Below are positions 1 to 14,171 of a stretch of DNA of 64,000 bases, one piece after another. The translations under genes and the position numbers were made by a program. The DNA is from Vermamoeba vermiformis. Its lineage: Eukaryota. The notes below the pieces were generated by a model that was given only the letters and a program-made list of their open reading frames with translations, made no database searches and was not told where the DNA came from. The stretch spans positions 124,001 through 188,000 of the forward strand of contig JBEWZL010000306.1 of NCBI GenBank assembly GCA_045837725.1, in the 5' to 3' direction. Numbering within the stretch: position 1 is the stretch's first letter; each line of letters starts with the position of its first letter.

Positions 1-138
1 TTACATGGCCGTCAACTTCTTCTTTTTTTCTTTTTTTACGTCAATTCCTTCTTCTTCTATTATTCCTATGTGACATTGAACTATATTACATTATTTAAAA
101 ATTTGCTTTGATTTTTTTTTTGGGTCGATCCAGATCCG

Positions 139-2365
139 CTAACTATCGCTATCACTGCTATCGCTGCTGTCACTACTATCACTACTATCACTACTATCAT
201 CATCATTCATCATTGCAGCAGTATTGATCGCCTGTGTAGTCGTATTCGTCGGTTGTGAACTGAAATCCAGTGGATCGAGCACATCCATCGGATCCGCTGG
301 TTGTGGCTGTGCCCCAACATCTTCCATATGCTGATCATTGCTATTATTGTTATGGGTTGGCTCAGGCGGTGGGATATAATCAAAGCTCATGATATCTCCC
401 GCTGTCAGTTCACTCTCCTTGGTGCCACTGCCGTGCTCGTTGTTGCCGTTAAAATTGTTGTCCACGTGCGCCGTGTCATTGTCGCTCGATCCGTTCGAAT
501 GGCTGTTCTCGAGTTCATCTCCCAAAAGTTTCGCAAAGTCTTCAAGTTCCGCGTCTTCGTTCGTCTTTTTCTTTCCCCGACCGTACGCACTGAGAGTTTT
601 TCCGCCTCGTTTCGGATGTGCCGCCGGTTGTTTCGTCTTGGCGCCGCGTCCTTTGGCGGGTTTGGGCGCAGGAGCTGTTTCTTTCTTTTTGCTCGCCGTG
701 CTGGCCTCGGGCGGTGAGACACTTGAGTGCGAGTTGACCGTGCCTGGTGGTGTCTGCACGGACTGTGGTGTCGTTGGTTCTGCCCCGCCCGGCGGTGTGA
801 TTGGTGGTTCTATAAATAGATCACATTAATCGCCCGTCACTGTCATAAAAAAACCTCTCAAACATCACGTGTCAAAAATTTTTCACACAAGATCCAAACA
901 CCATGACATCTCGATTGATAAGTATAACTGGCTTATATATATTCGTTACTATAATATAAAAATAACTTACTTCCATCTGCGCCATGTGCCCCTGGAACTC
1001 TGAGCTTGATCCGAACCTGTGAAAAAAATACGTGTCAATTACAATGTGAAAGTTAATCGAATGGTTAGGGCGCGATGATTTCCATAAAAGGCAATAGAAT
1101 CAACTCTCGGACGTACTCCACCAGCCTTTTTCGTGCTCGAGTCAGGCGTGACAGGTTGACCCCCTGCATTCGGCGACGACCCCGCGCTGTTAGTATACGG
1201 ATTATTGGGCTGCACGAGTGTGCCCTGTACTGTCCCCGTCGATGCCGCGACAGCACTGTGCTGCACGGACTTGAGTGCCGAGGCTGTGCTGCATTTAATT
1301 TGTTCCAACCGCATCGTGCCCGTCGTACTGTCAAACACGAGAATGCATTCGTTTTTGGCTGAATCATCGTACGTGCCATCAAAATGCTTAGGCTCGCCCT
1401 GGTTACGACGTTAGACAATGTTTCCTAAAAAGGAAATTGTGTTCATGAAAGAAAAAGTTTTGCAAAGTTAGGGTTGGAAAGATCTAGTAAATTCAAACTT
1501 GCCGAAACTAATAGAGATATAGTTATATATCTATAATATAGTATAATAGAAGTGCAATAGTATTATTTGCAAATTATTGTATTGTTCATAAGAGCAGTTA
1601 AGATTCAAGATTACTTAATGTATGGACACGAATTAAAATATTCCCATTCTTTCGTTATTTAATTAATTATTAAATAATAATATGATATATATGATTATTA
1701 AGGCTCAATATTTAATAGAAAAATTATTCCGATTTGATTTTTGAACGGGATCATGATTTTAGCGAATTACCGAAGCTTCCAACGATAAAAAAATTAAGTA
1801 GAGTATAAAGTATATGGAGTATATATATATTTTTCAGTATTAATTGGATTAAGCTTTGCAGTCATCGAAAATTAATAATTTGTGGCAAGATCGAGTGATT
1901 ACGATTTTAGCGGGAAGAATTTTGTCTTGTATTATTGATTATTACTATAATTATATTATTACCTGACTAGTTTGATACTGCAAATTAATATGCCGATCAC
2001 TGTTACGCCGTAGTACTGCTGGTTTTGAAAAATCAACGGATTCAGGAATAAAGCCAACTAAAAAAATCGTTAGTTCGCGTTAATAATAGGCGTAATATTA
2101 TACTTAATATTAATAGAAATATTAGAAAATATTGCTGCGGCAAAAATGAATTTGCGCCTAAAAATTAATTTCAGATTTGATAAAAAAATCAAAAAATTTC
2201 TGCCCGACTAAATAAATAACTATTCTTATTAATAAATCTGCACTACTCACATTGTAGTGAATAATATCCTGATTCTTGCGGGTTCAAAAAACTTTCGCCA
2301 AGCTCGATCTTGTATTCGACTCCATCTTGAATGAGAGCAGTTCCATTGCTTTCATTGCTGCTCAT
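139..2365 (-). CDS. EAF: ELL-associated factor (EAF1/2-like), multi-exon
   Basis: Spliced by eye: MSSNES..YKIELGESF..YYSLQ|FGFIPESVDFSKP..|GEPKHFDGTYDDSAKNECILVFDSTTGTMRLEQI, which matches the EAF N-terminal domain. C-terminus is acidic and Ser-rich (SDSSDS repeats). Confidence 0.85.
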
Positions 2366-2784
2366 GGTATAAATAGGGATATATAAATAATACTAATATT
2401 ACATGTACAACTAATATACGATTAATTTTGGCTGTGTTTCTCTGATCGACAAGCAACAACAAAAAAAAAATTATTCAGCGCGAGTCTTAACCTCACTTCA
2501 ACTCGGAAAACATTCTTAACGAACGTACATACGACTATAGCAATGTCTCTAAGCCGATTGCAAGCCGATCTGAACGGATATACTGCCAGAAATACGACCG
2601 GTCGCGTAATGCTGAGCTAAATTAGATTTCCCTTGCCTATTCTCTTGCCAATAAATTAGTGCCACAGTACTTCCATTGCAGTACGGACGAAGGTTTGAAG
2701 TGGTTGGATGGCCTGTTGCCGTTCATGAAAAGAAAGCGTTGGACTTTTTCTTTATTTTCAACTGATCGACGTACAAATAGCACA

Positions 2785-5236
2785 ATGGAGGCCTCTTTTA
2801 TTATTAATGTTGGCAGTTACGAGAAAGCTCTCTACGGATATGACGCAATGTTCAATCCGAACTACGCGAACCAGCAAAAACTCAAATCCAAAGGACAAAT
2901 GAAAGATGAGGTCGAAGAGTTCAAATTCTTATTGAGACCTATTTATGCTTATATGCCACATACTGGCTGCATTAAAGTCTTGGCTTCAAACGAAAAATAT
3001 CTGGCATCCGCTTCTACTGACGAGATGATCAAGTAAGAAAAATTAAATAATGAAATATTATGCGTTATCACGCCTATAACACGATTTCCAATCACATAAA
3101 TAATATTATCCATATTTATTATGAATTTTTAACGTTTATCGATACGATTTTTGGATACGATCGGGATCTGATCGCGTTTTATTCGTTAGAATTTACGACT
3201 TGACGAAAAGAGTCGAAGTTGGTTCACTGACACAGCACGAAGGTAAATATATGACCAATATTACCATTATTCGATCGATTTTATGTTCGAGAAATATTTT
3301 GGATCGGATTTGCTCGTTAACGAGGAACAAATTAATTGCTTAAAATATTCCTAAATAATACTCACATATTAATACTATATAGGTATGGTTACTGCTATGC
3401 AATTTTGGAAGAACAAATACTTGTTTACCGCGAGCATGGATGGAACTGTCTGTGTTTGGGTAACTAAGGACTGGGACATCGTGCAAATACTGAAACATAA
3501 GTAAGTGATATTAGCATATAAATTTATCCCATAATTTCTCGCGCGGCGAATAATTGGTGGGAGATCTGATCCACACCGCGCAAAAAATTCGAAAATTTGA
3601 CATGATGAAAAATGAATTCCTCGTTCCGAAGATGTAAAGGTGGATAATTCATTATCTGATTACAACAATATATATATATTTGCTCAAAAACGCAATGTAG
3701 CAAATTTATTTTTTTATCGATCGGATTCGCCGATCCAAAATACGGATCTAACTTCAAGTTTTTGCATTGCAATTTGTCTAATGTTATTACTTATGTATAG
3801 GGCACCTATTCTTGCGATGGCTGTTCATCCTTCAGGCAAATTGTGTCTTACTGCCGGAAACGATAAAAAAATGAAATTGTGGGACTTGCAAACAGGCAAC
3901 TGCGCGTCAACTATGCCTTTAGAACACGGTAAATAATATAATATACTATATATACATTGATATATCATGCTTAAGCTAATTTATCGCCATTCAGATCCCG
4001 ATCTTGTGATGTGGTCTCCTGCCGGCGAAACTTTTGCCGTTGTAATTAATCAACAGGTCTTAATATATTCCGCTAAGGTATGGATATTATTATAGACTTA
4101 GTATAATAATATATTCTAATGATTGAACGGTTAGACGGGCAAAGTCATTAACACCATTAAAGAACCGAAGAGAATTAACGCCATCGCTTATTTATCAGTG
4201 AGTATCGCCATAAATGTGCTATATGAGTACTAATCTATATTATTTAGGAAAAAGTTTTGGCTTCTGGTGGTGAAAACAGACAGATCAATGTTTGGCAGAT
4301 TTACGAAGGAACGAATCTGCACGTGTTGACTGGTTTCGAGAACCGTATTAAGAATTTATTTGCTATTGATAAGCCCGAAGAACAGAAACAAAAAGATGCC
4401 AAGTATCCCTATTTGATTTCGACTAGCAGCGATTGCTCGGTCAAGATCTGGGATCTCGACGAATCAACTAAAGAATCAGTCGCTGAGACTTATATTGATG
4501 ATAGTCGTATTACCTGTTTGACCTCCTCATTTGTTGTTGGTAAGTTATGGCTCTGTACTTTACTGAACAAAAACTAGATTCGGACCGATTTTTTTAGATC
4601 GCTTAAAATCTTTTCAATAGACGTTCCGTGGCCTAATATATTATTACTTTCATAGATATGCAAGTTAAAGAGAAGAAAGAAGGCGAAGAAGACTCGTCAG
4701 ATCTAAGCGAAGAAGTAAGCGAAGAAAACAAAGCTAAAAAGAACTCTAAGAAGCGAAAACGCGATCAATACGTCACCGTTGAGCAAGAAGAAGGTGATGA
4801 AGAGCAAGATGATGCCGAAGATGATGAAGATAGTGCTGATCTCGACGACGAGGATGTGGATTCGGAGATGGAGGGTCAAGTTTTTGACGCTAAAGACGTT
4901 CCTGAGCTATTAGAAGATGAACTTAGCGATGGTGATGGCAATGGAGATAATGGAGAGGATAATAACGACGATGAGGACGATGAGGAAGAAGAGATCGAGC
5001 AACCAAAAAAGATCCAGAAAAAAGTCAAGGACTTTGACGTAAAGAAGCAAAATAAGGCTAATAACAAACAAAATAAGCAGAATAACAAGGCTAAGAAGCA
5101 AAACGCCCCCGCAAACAATAATAACCAGAAAAAGAAGGTCGTTCAAAACGCAGATCAAGCGAAACAAAATAACAACAAAAAGCAAGCTCCGACCAATCAA
5201 GGCAAGCCACTCAAAGGAATTTTGAAGAAAAAATAA
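2785..5236 (+). CDS. PAK1IP1: PAK1IP1/Mak11-like WD40 60S ribosome biogenesis factor, multi-exon
   Basis: N-terminal IINVGSYEKALYGY; WD repeats HTGCIKVLASNEKYLASASTDEMIK, AVHPSGKLCLTAGNDKKMKLWDL, NRIK..ISTSSDCSVKIWD; acidic/basic tail. Confidence 0.85.
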
Positions 5237-5510
5237 ATCATTTGCCATCTTTAGTAATCTCGCGCAAAGACCAGACGTTGACCGAAAAGTTGTTGAAACA
5301 AAAAACCGAATTGAATTTAATTTGATCCTGTTGCCTTGCCAAAACAACAACAGCACATCAACCATTCGCTCATAAAATAAGCTTTTTTTGGTACGACGCC
5401 AGGTTTAATCCTTCAAGTGGAAACTCACATCCGTTCCAGATTCAGATCAAACTTCGAAGATGAGCTGCTCACCAAGCAACACTAGCATTGGGAAAAAACG
5501 ATTAATTAAC

Positions 5511-7030
5511 ATGCCAAACAATAAATACGAAAGGCCTAAGAAACGTGCTAAACCTGCAAACGAGATCGGAACAAGGTTTGTATAAACTTAGCTCAAGCTT
5601 GATTTGCTCTTCATAACAACGTATTAGTTCTAATTGTTACTTTAAATAAATTGCTAATTTTTTCTTTATGATCAGACTCCTGACACTGGATTCAATTGCT
5701 GCATCATGGGAGTTAAACATAGCCTACACACCTGCAAAGCAAATTTGTGGTTTTCCAGAGCAAGTCCCACGACTTCAGAAAGTAGTTGAAGTTGCTACAA
5801 TGCTTGTAGTAAAAGAACTTGTTGTAACTTGTGGGAAAAAGCACTATTTTGTCACTCCACTGGGAACAACGTTACAACATGATGTGAGGGACAAAGCAAC
5901 CCTTACCTTAGAAGGACAGCATGGGGAGTATGACTGCTTTCTGTTGAACCTTCAAAACTTGTCCAGCACTAAATTTAATCTGGTCTTCAATCATTATGGT
6001 AGATTTAAAACTCTGCAAATCATTTGCAGATCCAAGAAGGAGAGGTCTTATGAGGATGTAGACAAGCCTCCAAAGTATGATTATAGTATCAATAGATTGA
6101 TCTCCTCTAATTCTATTGTCTTGCAGCTCCTCACTAGTGGTGAAGGAGCAGCGTGGCCACAACTTGCTATTGTTGAGTCCTCCAAGCTTGTTTAGTTGGT
6201 TTGAAAATTATCTACAACAAAACTATCCAGATGGTCAGTTTGCAGTAGGAACTCACCAATTCATTAAAAGAGGTGCAAGAGTTAGATACAATGTGTACTT
6301 AGACTCAATTGAAAATATTGAGCCTACACATCTTGCAACAGCAATACCAGCAGCCACTGAAATTTTGTTTTATCTGGAAAGTGAGGAGCAAGTTGAAGGC
6401 ATTCTCAATATTGGATCAATCAAAGGAGATGGCAAATGGGAATTAAATTTTAACAGGAAAAAGTTTGATGTTAGTGCCAAAGTCGTTAATGAAATGAAGG
6501 CAACAAGCTTCAATCAAGCTGTTCAGGTCAAGCTCAGACAAATTCATATGATTCTTCAAATGCATGGAAAACTAGAAATGTCCATGGGATGCTTCATGGT
6601 GAAGAGAGGTTACCAAAATCGACAAAAGTTAGAAATTGGTTTTGCTGTGTGGAGTGGTGTGCTAATGCAAATAACAAAAACTATGGGCTGTTATTGTGCT
6701 ATATTTGAAGCACAACCAGGCTTGCCACTAATTGATGTAGCAATTAGAACAACTGTAGTACTTCGAGGCACCACTGTCACTGCAATGTCTGTTGGAAACT
6801 CAAGCATTTCTGTGTTTTTTATGGCTCCAATCTCATTTCAATGGCTGTACAATAACTCCTTCACCCACTTTGAAAAAAAATTTGCTGCACTTGGCTTGAA
6901 GCTTAAGTCTCTTGGCCCCACAACAAGAAAGCATCTGGTGCAATTGATGAATATGGAGGTCAACAAGCCTTTTAGAGACAACCTGTTTGACTTGTGCTGT
7001 AGGCTACATACCATTGATTGGAAATTATAA
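5511..7030 (+). CDS. Hypothetical protein, 3 exons, CpG-depleted
   Basis: ATG 5511 with NLS-like PKKRAK. Introns ~5576-5675 and 6075-6126 (gtatga..ctaat..tgcag) join ORFs 5668 and 6116 in frame. Confidence 0.6.
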
Positions 7031-7211
7031 AAGAAATACTTAGCAACTCATTGTCACATGCCTATTCTTTCTTGGCTAAAACCAAAGCCATCCATCTTTG
7101 TCTTCAAGTCCAAATGTCAAGAAATAGTACTTTAATTTTTTAACCAAGAGTTATGGTGAGAAACCAGACAGGCTTCTATTAAGTGCTGGAGTAACTTCTT
7201 GGGACGTCTCG

Positions 7212-9828
7212 TCATCGCAGCTCGGAGACGAAAGAAGTTTGCTGACGTGAGAGGATCTGCTTGTGGTGAGGGAAGGCTGAGCAAATTAATGCTAAGCTTT
7301 GTACATTAGAGCTTGCCATGTCATGTCTGGTCTCCGTGATAGTGTTGCTATTATGAGCTGATGCTAGGTGTAAGTAATGAGGTATAGGTGTCTGTATAAA
7401 CTTACCATGCTCGAGAGTGGCATCGCGAGTCTTGCCAACACGTTGTTTCTTTGTAAAACGATCATGTGGAACGTCAATCGATTCAGAACTTCGCTTCAAA
7501 GGGATTTGCACGCTGTCATCTTTTCGCACGTCACGGCGCATCCTTTCGTGAACGGCGTTAGTGCTATTGGAGAAATAGGTATAGTAAACATACTTATACT
7601 CGACATAAGGATAAGTTGAGGCTTGGATCCGTTGTTCAAGAGCAGTCAGCTCATCGAAGTAAATATCGTTCTCGGGATTACGTAAGAACTCTTCGACATC
7701 GCGAACATCAATCTGTCGCACTGACTTGAAGGCTGGTCCTAATGACGCAAAGTCACTGTCATCCAGCATGTCAATCAAGGGCCACAGCCACGCGTCACTT
7801 CTGACGATCACGGCGATGCAGCACCGACAGGTAGTCTCTACTTGAGATAAGCCAGGGTCTCTCTTGTGCAGCACTTCAGCGACATGCTCTTCGCACTCGG
7901 CTTCGCTCAACTCGTCTCCCGTGAAGATCCAGGCTGTGTACAGATCCTGTGCACATGGTCGCAGAGGGTAGCTTGTCAAGGTAAGGTGCAATGCTTCGGA
8001 TATTACGGCGACATCAACTACGTTAGGAACGAGCCACAGGGTTGATCCAGGTTTCCTAAGCGACCGATTAGAAAAAGAGGATCTTGAGGATTATAGTCAT
8101 TGATACGTACATTATGTTGCTAATTATATTACTATCTAACATATCGAAGGAGTCTAGGGTCTTAGCAACACAAGAAGAAAATTTGGTTGGCACACCAGAT
8201 GTCAATTCCAAGTCGCCAACTTTTTTCACGATGTGCGGCTTGGTAACTTCATTCTCCGAATTTCCAGTGGCCATTAAAAGCATGTAGTCTGCACCACTTG
8301 CAATGCTCTCGATGTACCGGTAGAGTTCGAGCGAGTTCTTGACAACAATGACACGCTCAGCGATATCAGGAGCAGTGGTCATAGTAAACATTGCCCTATT
8401 TCCATTGCTTTTTTGCATCTCGAACTTCTGTTTTTGTAATGAAGTACAAACGCAGTCAAAGTAGGAGGGTAGATCGGATGTGGATCCGTTTGGCACCAAA
8501 ACCAGCACCTTTCGTACTCGCAGCGTTGGACGCGCAGGTCTAAATAACTAGATTAGCACTTTTGTGCATCAGTATATTATCTAATTCGTACTTATCCGCA
8601 GGTGAGGAGCAGTGGATTCGTCGATCTGCGAGTTGTCGGAAGCTGTCTGGTTCCTGCTTTCATCAAGGTTAGCAAGCAAATTTTCTCGTCTTATATAACT
8701 TACGTCTTCCGAGGCGTCGTTGGGGAGCTCTCTTTCGGCAGAACCTTAATATTGAGGGTCCACTCTGAGAAAACTGGATCTTCCTTAGATTCGAGTTCAA
8801 AACCTGGCGAACTCGGAACTCTGCACACTAAGACCAGTTCTTTAATCTTGTACTTGGGCAACTCTAAGCATAGGATCGTGTGGCCTTTATGGACGCACAA
8901 AGTGAATGGGAGCATCCGGTTGGCCTCTAATTGCAAACTCAGATCCGCTTCCTGCCCTGGCATTGAGTTGACCTCCTTTAAGACCTCTTTGCTCGCTAGT
9001 ACCGCCTTTACGGTTTTGACACCGATCAGTTGCGGCACAGCAAGATAATATTTTCTCCGGTTCTGAAGCTCGCCGTTGAAAGGCTTTCCCTTTTCTATAA
9101 CTTTGTCCAGTCTCTTCTTATTGTCCGGGGATCGACTTCCCGAAAGATTGGCAGAGAGGACTTTAACAGTAAAGTTGTCGTGGGTGCTTGAACCGGAACT
9201 GCCCGTGCTCTGACCAGAACTAGGGCATGAATCAAGCTAAATCAAAGGATTAATCATTTTGACCAAGTTAAATAATCTAATTATGACGCATTTTAGTCAA
9301 TTAATACAACGAGGATTAGTTTTAATCCATGTCGATTCCGAATTAATTTCCCGCCGAAAGCTGGCTTTGTCATACTTTCAAATTTTGAATCATTTAGATC
9401 AAGATCTAGAGCCAAAAATAAATGCACGTTCAAATAAAAATACCAAATTAAGGTTTTTACATCGAGTACGTAGTCTATATTAGGCCTACGACTTGAACTT
9501 ACGCTTGATAAATCCGGATTGAACTCCAAAGAGACATTCTGACTGCTTTGGAGGTTGCTATCCATCCTAATAGCTACACGACCGACTCCTAATTACTATC
9601 GTACGTGCAGGTCAGGTAAGGAGGGGTCTGTGCTGGCTTGAAGAGTCAACTGATCCTCCTAAAACATCACAAGACGAAGATTTTGTTTCTGTGTCACAAA
9701 CATCAAAACCTAATTTAGAAAATTTAGTAAAATATCGGGCAAATCATAAACTGAGTATGGGCGTATTAATTAATGAAAGTTAGGTCGAGAAATTACTTAC
9801 GTCACTCTGTTCCACGCCCTGAGCCATT
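7212..9828 (-). CDS. Hypothetical multi-exon protein
   Basis: Collinear minus-strand ORFs (7212-8060, 8068-8540, 8700-9220, 9293-9565) separated by GT-AG introns. No family recognised; 5' exons uncertain. Confidence 0.5.
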
Positions 9829-10432
9829 TGTTTTTCTTTAATCTCTATGTTGAAGGCTTTACAGATTGATTTAGTGTTTAGTGCTTGTTTTGGGATCGTT
9901 TTTGGTTGTCGTTTTGAGTTTGACCAGTGTTTGGGGAGCACATCTGATATTTCGTACTCGAGCTCCTCTTCGTCCTCATCCTAATTATTTTGTTATGCCC
10001 TTCAATAATCGTTATTACAATTTAATCTTAATGCTTTGAATGTCTCCTAAGCATGAAGTATAAATTGTCGATCCAAATGGTAAAATAAACTCTAAAAAAT
10101 TCAGAAAAATACAGAATATTATTCTCTAGCATTATTACTATTTTGGTGATACATACGCTCGATATTCTCACTTCTGGGTTTATTTTGTGCAATGCTAAGT
10201 TTGTTGTAATCGAAATGGATCGTCTTGTCCTTTGTCGAGCAGGCTGGCGACCTTACAATGCCAAATATGTTTACTAGGGTAATCTACATGTGTTAGATTG
10301 CAGCCAAAAATGGCATAACTCGTTGTGTTTTACTAATGCCTGGAAAAATAAACCATGTTCGTGCCAAGAAATTCTAGACTTCGTTCGGCGTGGAAGCTTC
10401 ACAACCTATCGCGTCAACTGTAACACATACAA

Positions 10433-12799
10433 ATGGATTTTCAAGAAGTAACGCTGCAAGATGTATTCAGCAAGCGGTACATGACCGAGGACGCGTGCGT
10501 GTATCACATCTACCTGCCGCGCGATCAATCAGATGTAGCAACGTTAGAAACAAAAAGAAAAGAGTTCATGACGTATTTAAATGCGGAATATATCAAGGAT
10601 TACATTTGGCAAGACGATCCGTTTCAATTACGGATCTACAGCGTCGAACAAAGTAAACCCAGAAGCGAGAATATTGAAGGTATGTATTTATAAGGCCATA
10701 GCAACGCTTAAATTTAATATTCTGCATTTTTCTGATTTTTTTAGAATATTATTTTACTTTTCTTTGCGATCTCTCGAGACTAATTTCTTATTCAAAGACG
10801 ATTACAACCACTTATTTGGCACTACCCGATTCGGAGAAAATATAGAAGATGAATGGTTCATTGTATTCTTGTTATTTCAACTTTCAGCCAAATACCCGAA
10901 TATAATTACAAGGTAAGTCAGATCTGATCCGTTGAACACAATTATTTTTCGTTAATTTTCCTATGAGACATATCTAATATTATAAATTATAGTATTGAAG
11001 ATAATGATGGTCAATTTCTGTTGATTGAAGCAGCGGATCACATTCCTCATTGGATCAAGCCCGAAAACAGCAAGTTCCGCGTGTGGATTAACAAATCGAG
11101 TTTGAATATTATTCCGATACCACGTGATCCGATGGAGATTATGACACTGCCCGTCAAATTGACACCTGTCAGTGCAGTAGATCTGATCCAAAATCAACCG
11201 GTCTCAACGATCGCATCAGATCCGGTCCAAAAAAGCATCAAAGATCGATTAGACGAATACCCAAAAAAGGCAAGAGAATCTTTACACCATTCACGGTGTA
11301 TCGTACCGGAAAGCATTGCAAAAATTCTTCATCGCGATCCACAACTGATCGCACCAGCGGTCAACTCGTTCTTTTACAGAGACTTAGTTGCTATGCGTGC
11401 GTGCAATGTAATGGAGAAATTTAATCCAAAAAAGGAAAAAATGGTCGAATTATCGCTCAAGTTCACGCGGTGTTTGTTCGCGCAGCTGGATCGACAAAAT
11501 TTTCACGCGCCAAAACCGTTTAAAGACATCCTACCTCAAGAAAACGATCCTAAATATAAATTAGCATTATTAGGCATGAAATTGGTAAGTATAAATCTTC
11601 ATAATAATTTGTCACCGTAAAATTAACATTAATTTTCTTCAGACATGCGGTTTTGAAATTCTGTACCAAGACGGCAAGAAGAAATTATCGACATTTAATG
11701 ATGACATTATTAAAGTAAGTATATTATTAATATTATCGTAAGTTAGTGTCAGATCTAATGAAATTTTTGTAGGACTATAGTTTTGAAGACGATCGCGTGT
11801 GGATCCAGTTCAATGAAATGCTGTCAAACGAAGGATTTTACAAACAAGAACGACCCGGCTCAAAATTATTCCGAGAATTGGAGAAAAAGGCCAAATCAGA
11901 GTACATTGAAGCATTGCGTAAGAAAGACGCATCCGTGATCGAGCTCCTGGAATCAAAATCTGCTAAAGCAACTAAGAAAATGGATATTATATTGGCTCTA
12001 CCTTTTAATATGGAAGACCTTAGCGATGCGATGAAACGACCGTCGGATCCAGAAGATTGGTTGAACATTTCGCAACAGGAGGTCGACGACATTATTTCTA
12101 AGAAACAACGCGACTTAGAGAAGGCCAAGAAGTATACAAAGCAAGAGGACGACGGCGAGGATGATATGGACGATGATGAGGCTAATGTAGATGAAAACAA
12201 TTTGTTCGACTTCATCGTCAAGGGCATGAAACAATTCGGTCAGAAAATTTCAAGTTTTGAAGGCGCTGAAATGCCTGGAGAGTAAGTATTGAGTCATAAT
12301 ATTATATTATTAATGAGTATGTGTATTAATATCACTTTCTATTCTTAGTCCCGAAGACGAATTTGATATCGATACCGATGACTTTGCGAAGATGTTTCAT
12401 AAAGCAGTGCAAAGATCCAAGCAAGATATCAATAAAGCCAGTTCATCCGATGAAGACGATGAATTCTACGATGGATTCATGAACGAAGATTCTGAAGAAG
12501 ACGAGGAAGGTGACGGTGAACTGGACGATGAAGACATGAAGCAGTTAATGGCTGCTATGGATCGAGAACTGTCTAAGACGAACATTGGCAAGAGCTTCGA
12601 ACGCGTGCCCAAGGCAGCAAGACGAGCACAACAAGGCGATGATAATGACGAAGATAGCAGTGAAGACGATGAAGGTGAAGTGGATCCGCAACTCAACTTG
12701 GTGAAGAACTTCTTGGAGTCTTATGCAGCACAAGAAGGCACAGCTGGTCCTGTTTCGAACTTACTCAACGAATTGGGTCGTCGAGCACCCAAGAAATAA
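10433..12799 (+). CDS. ECD: Ecdysoneless / hSGT1 homologue, multi-exon
   Basis: FGENIEDEWFIVFLL, DNDGQFLLIEAADHIPHWIKPENSKFRVWI, PQLIAPAVNSFFYRD, LGMKL|TCGFEIL, and C-terminal NLVKNFLESYAAQEGTAGPVSNLL. Confidence 0.92.
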
Positions 12800-12915
12800 C
12801 TCGAAAATAACTTGTAAATAAACTAGTGTTAAATACCTGCAACCCCGCGAGCGTAAGGAGCACTCTTTTTTTCTGTGCACGAATGTGTTGGTTTATTGTT
12901 TGATTGTTATCGTTC

Positions 12916-14007
12916 TTATCCGCGAACAACCTTGGTGCGTCTTCGTTCAGCGCGTTCTCTTCGTCGTTGTTCCTTGGGATCCAATTCACCCTCGTCTTCC
13001 TTGGCAGCAGACTAATGATAATCGATGTTAGTTACGACTTATCAATGCGTGCGTTATCTTACTCTTGCTTGGAGCAAAGGCCAAACGATGGAGGTCCAGA
13101 TCTTGTACGTGCCAAAGACGGGGATCTGAGTGGATGTTAGAACGTATTTTTTACGAATATTATGTAAAACTTACGGCAAGATACACGAGCCAGAACCAGT
13201 TAGAGATGATAGAAGTCAATTGGACAAACCAGTTAATGTACAAAACGTCCCAGTAGTACCTACAAGCAGATCCGTTAGCAAACGCAATAAAAACTTAGTA
13301 CTAAGTTATTATAATCAACATAAGGCCAATCTATTGCCTGTAGCACGAGGCAAAAGGAAGGGAGAACGAGAGAAAGAGAAGAGGCTTGGCCAGGCAAAAA
13401 AAAAAAAAAAGGTATTGCATCGGAAGGGATTCGAACCCTTGCATCCGAAGATATTGGAGCCTTAATCCAACCCCTTAGACCAACTCGGGCACCGATGCGA
13501 TCGTTGATCCGTCGTTCAGCAAACTCAACATCCTGGCCAGATCGGTCACATGCGATGTCTTTGTTTGGCTTCTTTTCTCTTTCTCTCCTTCGTGCTACTT
13601 GCGAATACCGCAAGCTGTATGAAGTACTTACTCCATCAAGCCCTTTTGTCCCAAGTCTTCACCAGGGCTCAGCAATTCGCCAGTGGCCTCGTCAAAAGTA
13701 GGCTTTGCGTGGCCAGAGAGGGACCAGTAGCAAAACACGTTCGCGCCAACGAGAAGGAGGAAGCCAGCGTAGTCCCAAAATCCAAGCTCGCTGAACATAA
13801 TTCGGTAGCCAAGGTGAAGCACGGTCAAGGCCTTGATATTGCGGTGAGCAAATTGAAATTGTTCAAAAAAATTGAATTACCGCGTCAAAAATTCCAAATA
13901 AATGTATATTAAATAGAACATACCGAGAAACCAAGGACCATCATAATTAAAAATTTCAGTGTTTTTTGGTTCTGCTTCAGAAGTTTTTTAGCTGCTGCGT
14001 TCGCCAT
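12916..14007 (-). CDS. TMEM208: TMEM208 / SND2 (SRP-independent ER targeting), 5 exons; intron 2 (13260-13631) hosts a tRNA cassette
   Basis: Spliced: MANAAAKKLLKQNQKTL..|..AKPTFDEATGELLSPGEDLGQKGLME|YYWDVLYINWFVQLTSIISNWFWLVYLA|IPVFGTYKIW..|..RRRERAERRRTKVVRG*. Confidence 0.88.
13340..13598 (-). repeat. Intronic tRNA cassette copy 1, with complementary terminal arms
   Basis: GTAGCACGA..TCGTGCTAC ends plus purine/pyrimidine arms; homologous to 15014-15266. Confidence 0.85.
13416..13498 (-). tRNA. tRNA-Leu(AAG), intronic in TMEM208
   Basis: Acceptor stem GCATCGG/CCGATGC with discriminator A; anticodon arm TTGGA-TTAAGGC-TCCAA; long variable arm; T-loop GTTCGAATC; followed by an oligo-T run. 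Confidence 0.95.
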
Positions 14008-14171
14008 CTGTGCTTATTTGTGCTCTCCTCGTGTCTGATATGAAATATATACTGACAAAATATTACAATAGCAAAGGTCTTCTGTTGACGTCACTCGTTC
14101 GTGATCAAGTGGAAAATGCTTTGACCGTTTTTTTATCGTGTTTTACCACCCAACTACGTGAACCACCACAA
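14008..14171. promoter_or_regulatory. Probable bidirectional promoter between TMEM208 and TRM6
   Basis: 164 bp between divergent start codons; TGACGTCA (CRE-type) palindrome at 14086-14093. Confidence 0.5.

Noticed and set aside
142-210. Tandem (CACTACTAT)n-like repeat
   Set aside because: Encodes the Ser/Asp low-complexity tail of EAF; not CRISPR-like.
6075-6195. Apparent frameshift between ORFs 5668-6195 and 6116-7030
   Set aside because: Explained by a 52-nt GT-AG intron (6075-6126) with a CTAAT branch site that restores the frame.
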